Assembly (NCBI RefSeq): GCF_006345805.1
Contig: NW_021834767.1
Location: forward strand, 1-26,774
Direction: 5' to 3'
DNA from: Octopus sinensis
Taxonomy: Eukaryota
Length of the DNA stretch: 26,774 nucleotides
Shown: positions 21,079 to 26,774 of the stretch, piece by piece
How positions within the stretch are numbered: position 1 is the stretch's first letter
Layout: every line of letters begins with the position of its first letter
Position numbers and translations under genes: made by a program
Notes under the pieces: generated by a model
The model's database searches: none
The model's input: the letters and a program-made list of their open reading frames with translations, nothing else
Told to the model about the DNA's origin: nothing

Positions 21079-24000
21079 TCATCATCATCATCGTTTAACA
21101 TCCGTTTTCCATGCTAGCATGGGTTGGATGGTTTGACCAGGGTCTGGGGATCCAGGAAGCTGCACCAGGCTCCAGTCTGATCTGGCAGTGTTCCTACAGC
21201 TGGATGCCCTTCCTAACACCAACCAATCTGTGAGTGTTTTAGGTGCTTTTTATGTGCCACCAGCACAGGGGGCAGAGGAGGCTAGCAATGGCCATGATTG
21301 GTTGGTGCTTTTTACATGCCACTTTTGGATGGTGCTTCTTACATGCAACTACAATTTCCATTAGATTTTTATTTTGATGTTCATGTACTTAACTCAATAG
21401 GTCTCCTCAAGTATAGCAGGTCATGCTACGATCCAAGGTAAGCACAGCAGGTCACCCTTTGATCCAAGGTACTTTTGAATGGGCTAGGCTGGTTATGCAA
21501 AACTGGTGTAGGATACACCCGTGAACTCACTTTATTTGTCGGGTCTTTGCAGTCATGGCATATCTCCAGAGATCTCGGTCTTCCGTCATTGCCTCTGTGA
21601 GGCCCAACGTTTGAAGGTCATGCTTGACCACCTCATCCCATGTCTTCCTGGGTCTGCCTCTATCTCAGATTCCTTCAACTGTTTGAGAATGGCACTTCTT
21701 CACACATCTCTCCTCATCCATCCATAGTACATGATCATACTAGCACAAACGTCTCTCTTGCACACCACATCCGATGCTTCTTATGTCCAACATTTCTCTT
21801 GGCGCTTACACCCTGTCGTGCATGGACACTGACATTAGACATCCAGCGGATCATGCTAGCTTTATTTCTTTTGAGCCTACGCATGTCCTCCGCAGTCATG
21901 ACCCATATTTCACTACTGTGAAGCATGGCAGTTCACACACATGCATTGTACAATCAACCTTTCACTCTGAGTGAGAGGCCCTTTGTCACCAGTAGGGCTT
22001 TCTAAACTTTGCCCAGGCTATTCTTATTATAGTGGTAACACTCTCTGAGAATCCACCTCCTCTACAAACTTGGTCACCTAGGTAGTGAAAGTTATCAACA
22101 ACTTCTAGTTTCTCCCCTTGGAGTGTGATGGAATCCATTTTCTGAGCATCTGTGGTGTTTATTGCTCCTGTGCATCTGCCACATACAAAAGCTATCTTTT
22201 TGGTTAATCTTGATGTTGCTGCACCTCTTATGTCTCCATAGCTTACACTGGATACATCTTATGGAGTTTCTACTTAAACCTTTTCTTCAGATCAAGCAGG
22301 GTCACCTACCTGAAGGGGTGCATGATGAGTTTGCCTTCCTACTTACTAAAACTTTGGTCTTTGCTACATTGACTCTAAGGCCTTTTGATTCTAAACCTTG
22401 CTTCCATGCCCGGAATTTCTTTTCTAGTTCCAGTAGTGATTCTGCTATGAGGGCCAGGTCATCAGCATAGAGGATCTCCCAAGGGCAACCTGTCTTGAAT
22501 TCCTCTGTCATTGCCTGGAGGACTATGATGAATAAAAGGGGACTGAGGGCTTAACCTTGGTGGACCCCCTTCTTCTACCCGGAAATCTTCACTATACTCA
22601 TTGCCAATCCTAACCTTACTAATGGCCTCTCTGTATAGGGCCTGTACAGCCCTTATCAACCATTCATCAATCTCCAGTTTCCGCATCGCCCACTGGATAA
22701 GGGATTGGGGGACCCTGTCAAAGGCTTTTTCGAAGTCCACAAAAGCTAAGTAAAGGGGTTTATCTTTAGCTAGGTATTTCTCCTGCAGTTGTCAAACCAG
22801 GAATATGGCATCAGTGGTGCTTCTACCCGGCACAAAACCGAACTGTATCTCATCTAAGCAGACTCTCTCCCTACTGAGATGGGCTATGACCCTCTCCGTG
22901 ACCTTCATCACCTGATCCAGCAGTTTGATACCCCTGTAGTTATTTCTATCTAGAGCATCACCTTTACCCTTGTAGCAGTTGACTATGGTGCTGCTATGCC
23001 AGTCGTTGGGTATGACTCCATCATGAACTACCTGGTTTACAATGCCATAACCCACATCACCTGATGTTTTAAGCATCTCAGCAGTAATTCCTGATGGGTC
23101 GGGGGCTTTTCCTGGCTTCATACCCTTAATTACTTTATCTACCAGGGAACTGTCTATTCGGATAGCTGGTCCCTCTACTGGGTCAACATTTGGCAGGCTC
23201 TCCTCCTCCCATTCATTCTCCACATTCAGCAGTCTTTCATAATGGCTTCTCCAAGCCTCTTTCTTTTCAGAATTGTGACATCACAATTTTCTCTCACACC
23301 CTGTCTTGCAATCCGAAATACCACAGGTCTTTGGTCCTCATGTCGCTGGACATTGGCAAACCTCTTTTCTGCTTTGCCCTTGGCTATGTATACCTGCCGC
23401 CCAGCCTCCCCTTTGGCTACCTGGTACAGTTCCCTGCTACCCTCACCCTTCCAGGCCTGTTTCTTTGCTCTAATGGCTTTGTCTACTGTACTATTCCACC
23501 ACCACATAACTCTAGGTCTGGAAGGGACTTTGCACCAACCGCAGACTTGGTCTGTGGCACTCAGCAACCTGTCTTGTAGGAATTTCCAGCAACCTTCTAT
23601 GTCCAATGTCTGTAGCTCCTCCTCCCTCTCCTCAAATTTCTTGATGAGGATGTCCTTAAATGTCTGACCATGGGAAGAGTTCTTTTGCTTCAAATCCTTC
23701 TTTTTTTTGGATTGGTTTGCTTCTTGGTATCCTTCTGGCTTTGAGTCACTAATGCCTAGCCTATGCTGTGAGGTACATTCTTCACCAGGGAGGGTCTTTG
23801 TATTTAAGAGCAACCCTGCATCCCGCTGTCTGGTGAGGATGAAATCAATCTGGCTAGCAGAGTCCCCTGATTGATAGATTATCAGGTGGCTGTCTGGCTT
23901 CCTTAACTTAGTGTTGCAGATTAAAATGGTACATGCATCACAGAACTTCAGTAGCCTAGTTCCCTCATCGTTCCATGTACCCCAGTGAAAATTCCAGATT

Positions 24001-24620
24001 TCTGCCCAACATGCCCATTAAAATCTCCAGCCACAAAGATGAGGTCATTGCCACTTGTATTTGAGGTAGCCTGTAGAAGGGTATCATAAATGTGGTCCTT
24101 CTTATCATTTGATAGCCCCACATATGGGGTATAGGCAGAGATAACTGTAGCTGTACTGTTCTGCAGGACTAGCCTGAGCTTAAGCACTCTATTGCATACC
24201 CTAACAACCTCTATGACTTTATCTCCACAAGGAGTATGCCTACACCCCCTACAACATCAATGTTACCTTGTCAGAAGACTTTATACCTATGTGCCTTGCC
24301 TGTGAAGAACCGTAGCTGAAGCTCCTCTCCTGGCTGTATGCAGCATAGATCAACTTGTCTCATTTCAAGCATCTCTACAATCTCACTAGACCTACCTTTC
24401 AGTGTGCCTACATTGACAGTACCAACTCTGAAAACTGGGAAGGGAATGTGGAGTGAGGTTTGGGGAGGAGGGATGTTATTCAGTACCTGAAAAGAAGAAG
24501 GAGGTTGTTGTGTTCGTTTTTTAGGCATGCTTTGTCTGTTCTCTCTTCTGACCTGACAACATTCAAGCATGTTAAGATTGTTGCCCCTACAGGAGGTAGG
24601 AGCCAGTGTTAGCAGCATTA
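21079..24620 (-). mobile_element. Near full-length decayed RTE-clade LINE (APE endonuclease + reverse transcriptase)
   Basis: Broken minus-strand ORFs in the expected order: RVGTVNVGTLKGR..DLCCIQ and AGDFNGHVG (APE), GKAP.PSGITAEMLK, NYRGIKLL, QFGFVPGRSTTDAIF, DFEKAFDRVP, LYADDLAL, then a 3' UTR with a (GAT)n tail at 21079-21092. Multiple frameshifts and stops. The 5' boundary is approximate. Confidence 0.93.
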
Positions 24621-24960
24621 TAAGCATTATTAAAGTCTCGTTAAAATTAGATATGCACGCAACATACTTATATACAAATGTACACACATTCACAAGAGTG
24701 TGCAAGATAAGATGCCATGTCCTTTTACGATGTTTATGACAAGAAATATGCCTAGTATAAATGTTGCTGAATGAACCAACTGCTGAGATTTTCAATGAAT
24801 ACTCCTGGTTACAGAAAGGTGGTTCTAGTTATAAATTGGGTGTTCAAGACAGTATACCTGTTTCATTTATTTTGGTTCTTTTTTATTTATTTTATATCTA
24901 TTCTTATCAACATTTCTTAACTAAATTGTTTGAATATGTTGTTTTGTTTTTAAATTTTAG

Positions 24961-25153
24961 CTGAGTACTGAAAACTATGTGGACAATGACTGGTTCAACA
25001 GTTTTCTTGAAGACCCTGTTTTAAATGATAAGATGATTACCGATGCAGTTCAGTCTCCAAGAATCACATCTGACCACAGTTATTCTCTGAACAATGACCA
25101 GAGTCTTACTTCTCCACTTAGTTCCCTCTGCAAAATGGATGACTTTGGCAAAG
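24961..25153 (+). CDS. CrebA: Internal coding exon of a CrebA/CREB3L1-2 (OASIS-family bZIP) gene, N-terminal region
   Basis: T-rich tract ending TTTTAG at 24960 and a GT donor at 25154. Open frame from 24961 reads LSTENYVDNDWFNSFLEDPVLNDKMITDAVQSPRITSDHSYSLNNDQSLTSPLSSLCKMDDFGK. The LND(K/R)M(I/M)TDA...HSYSL pattern matches my recall of the CrebA/CREB3L N-terminus. No other exon was located. Confidence 0.75.
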
Positions 25154-25396
25154 GTAGATGTTTTTTTTTTTTTTTGCATCACATCTGTCATTATTTTCAG
25201 TGGAAATAATTTATAGCAGTTAATAATGTTTCGATTTGTATTTATACATTCTACTTCAGCAGCTTGTCATATATTCATTGATATCCTTTCTTCTTTCTGG
25301 ATTTTCTCACAATAATGCTTTTATTGCATCCTAATCCAATCTGAAATAAGTCACTTACAACCATATTATTTTACAAAGTGAGTTATATATATATAT

Positions 25397-25754
25397 TATT
25401 TGTTTCAATCATTTGACTGCAGCCATGCTGGAGCACCACCTTTAGTCGAAAAAATCAGCACCAGGACTTATTCTTTGTAAGCCTAGTGCTTATTCTATTG
25501 GTCTCTTTTGCCAAACCATTAAGTTATGGGGATATAAACACATCAACATCAGTTATCAAGCGATGATGGGGGGACAAACAGACACACACACATGACGGGC
25601 TTCTTTCAGTTTCTGCCTACCAAATCCACTCACAAGGCTTTGGTCGGCCCGAGGCTGTAGTAGAAGACACCTGCCAAAGGGGCCATGCAATGGTACTGAA
25701 CCTGGAACCATGTGGTTGGTAAGCAAGCTACTTATCACACAACCACTCCTACAC
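25397..25754 (-). mobile_element. SINE family 1 copy
   Basis: Reverse complement of the 4536-4882 sequence, including the B-box-like GGTTCAGTACC. Confidence 0.82.
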
Positions 25755-25979
25755 CTACATATATATATAAAGCAATAAGAAAATGAAGGGGATCAATAGG
25801 TGGTTCATCAACTTTTAGACATTATATTATGTCAATTTATTTATTTATTTATTAAAATGACAATTACAAGAATATACATACATGTATAACTTATTATGCT
25901 TTACATATAAAATATATTAATATATAAAGATACCAGTAATTATTAAAATATAACATACAGGAATATAAATTGGGAAAAT

Positions 25980-26103
25980 ATCTTACAGCTGTTTCAGCCA
26001 AGAGGCAAAAATACCTCATTCTACCTTTATCCCTCTAGTAGACTGAAGTAATAAGTAGATGAAATTGAGGTACTTGGGTGTTTCTCTAGGCTTCGTCAGA
26101 GAT
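25980..26103 (-). ncRNA. Type I hammerhead ribozyme (Penelope-type) with an 89-nt loop II
   Basis: Minus strand: ATCT-CTGACGA-AGCC-(89 nt)-GGCT-GAAAC-AGCT-GTA-AGAT. Confidence 0.72.
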
Positions 26104-26443
26104 TTTAGAAAGTACATAAAGTTAAGTTATAAATAAATATAAATATAAAAATAAATAAATACACTCATATTTACATACTTATACATATACGTATGCATAA
26201 ATATATAAACATACATAAATACATATATCTACATTTAAATGGACATACATATTTACATTTATAAGCATACACAATAATCAATTATTATCATTATTATTAT
26301 TTAATGCATTATATTATTCATATTAGATGAAATATAAACAGAGGTATGTGAAAGTTATAAGAAGAGTAATTTTGTAATTTATAAAATCAATATATCTTAA
26401 AGTTATTTCAGTTATGTAAGAACGAAACTACATACACATGAGG

Positions 26444-26445
<2 letters not shown>

Positions 26446-26525
<80 letters not shown>

Positions 26526-26530
26526 TACAC
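26446..26530. repeat. (TA)n(CA)n microsatellite
   Basis: Directly visible. Confidence 0.95.
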
Positions 26531-26696
26531 GTACACTTTAAGATATATGTATTTTATAAATTACAAAATTACTCTTTGCTGGATTCTCTTTTGCTGAAAC
26601 ACTAAGTTACATCAGTTGTCAAGTGGTGGTGGGGAGACAAACGCAGACACACAAACGTATACACACACACACACACACATATATATGTGTGTATGT

Positions 26697-26774
26697 ATAT
26701 GTTTGTGTGTCTGCGTTTGTCTCCCCACCATCACTTGACAACCGATGTTGGTGTGTTTACGTCCCCGTAACTTA
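26697..26774 (+). mobile_element. SINE family 1 internal part, running off the window end
   Basis: CCCCACCATCACTTGACAACCGATG..GGTGTGTTTACGTCCCCGTAACTTA matches 4703-4752. Confidence 0.75.

Noticed and set aside
24540-24620. HDV-like ribozyme at the RTE 5' end
   Set aside because: A possible P1 (GCTCCT/AGGGGC) encloses only 9 nt, too little for P2/P3/L3.
1-26774. CRISPR array, operon or other prokaryotic system
   Set aside because: No short repeat-spacer pattern and no gene-dense region. The content is typical of an animal intron.

Overview
Eukaryotic, AT-rich, repeat-dense animal DNA. The SINE and RTE-LINE families look like octopus (coleoid cephalopod) repeats, by recall rather than search. 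I can support only one protein-coding segment: a 193-nt internal exon (24961-25153, +) resembling the N-terminal region of CrebA/CREB3L1-2, so most of the window is probably intronic. The rest is microsatellites, two SINE families, decayed RTE LINEs (one near full length), a Dong/R4-like fragment and an L2/CR1-like fragment. Reading for RNA structure shows many hammerhead ribozyme (HHR) motifs. Five are type I motifs of the Penelope-associated kind (1565-1599 +, 1935-2009 -, 2296-2389 -, 20610-20657 +, 25980-26103 -). The best candidate for a new system is a young 767-bp tandem array (17757-19591, about 2.4 units). Each complete unit carries all three hammerhead core segments with complementary stems, but in a non-circularly permuted, pseudoknotted order. 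This suggests a retrozyme-like element producing a 767-nt, possibly circular, RNA. All ribozyme calls are manual pattern and pairing reads, and no activity is shown.
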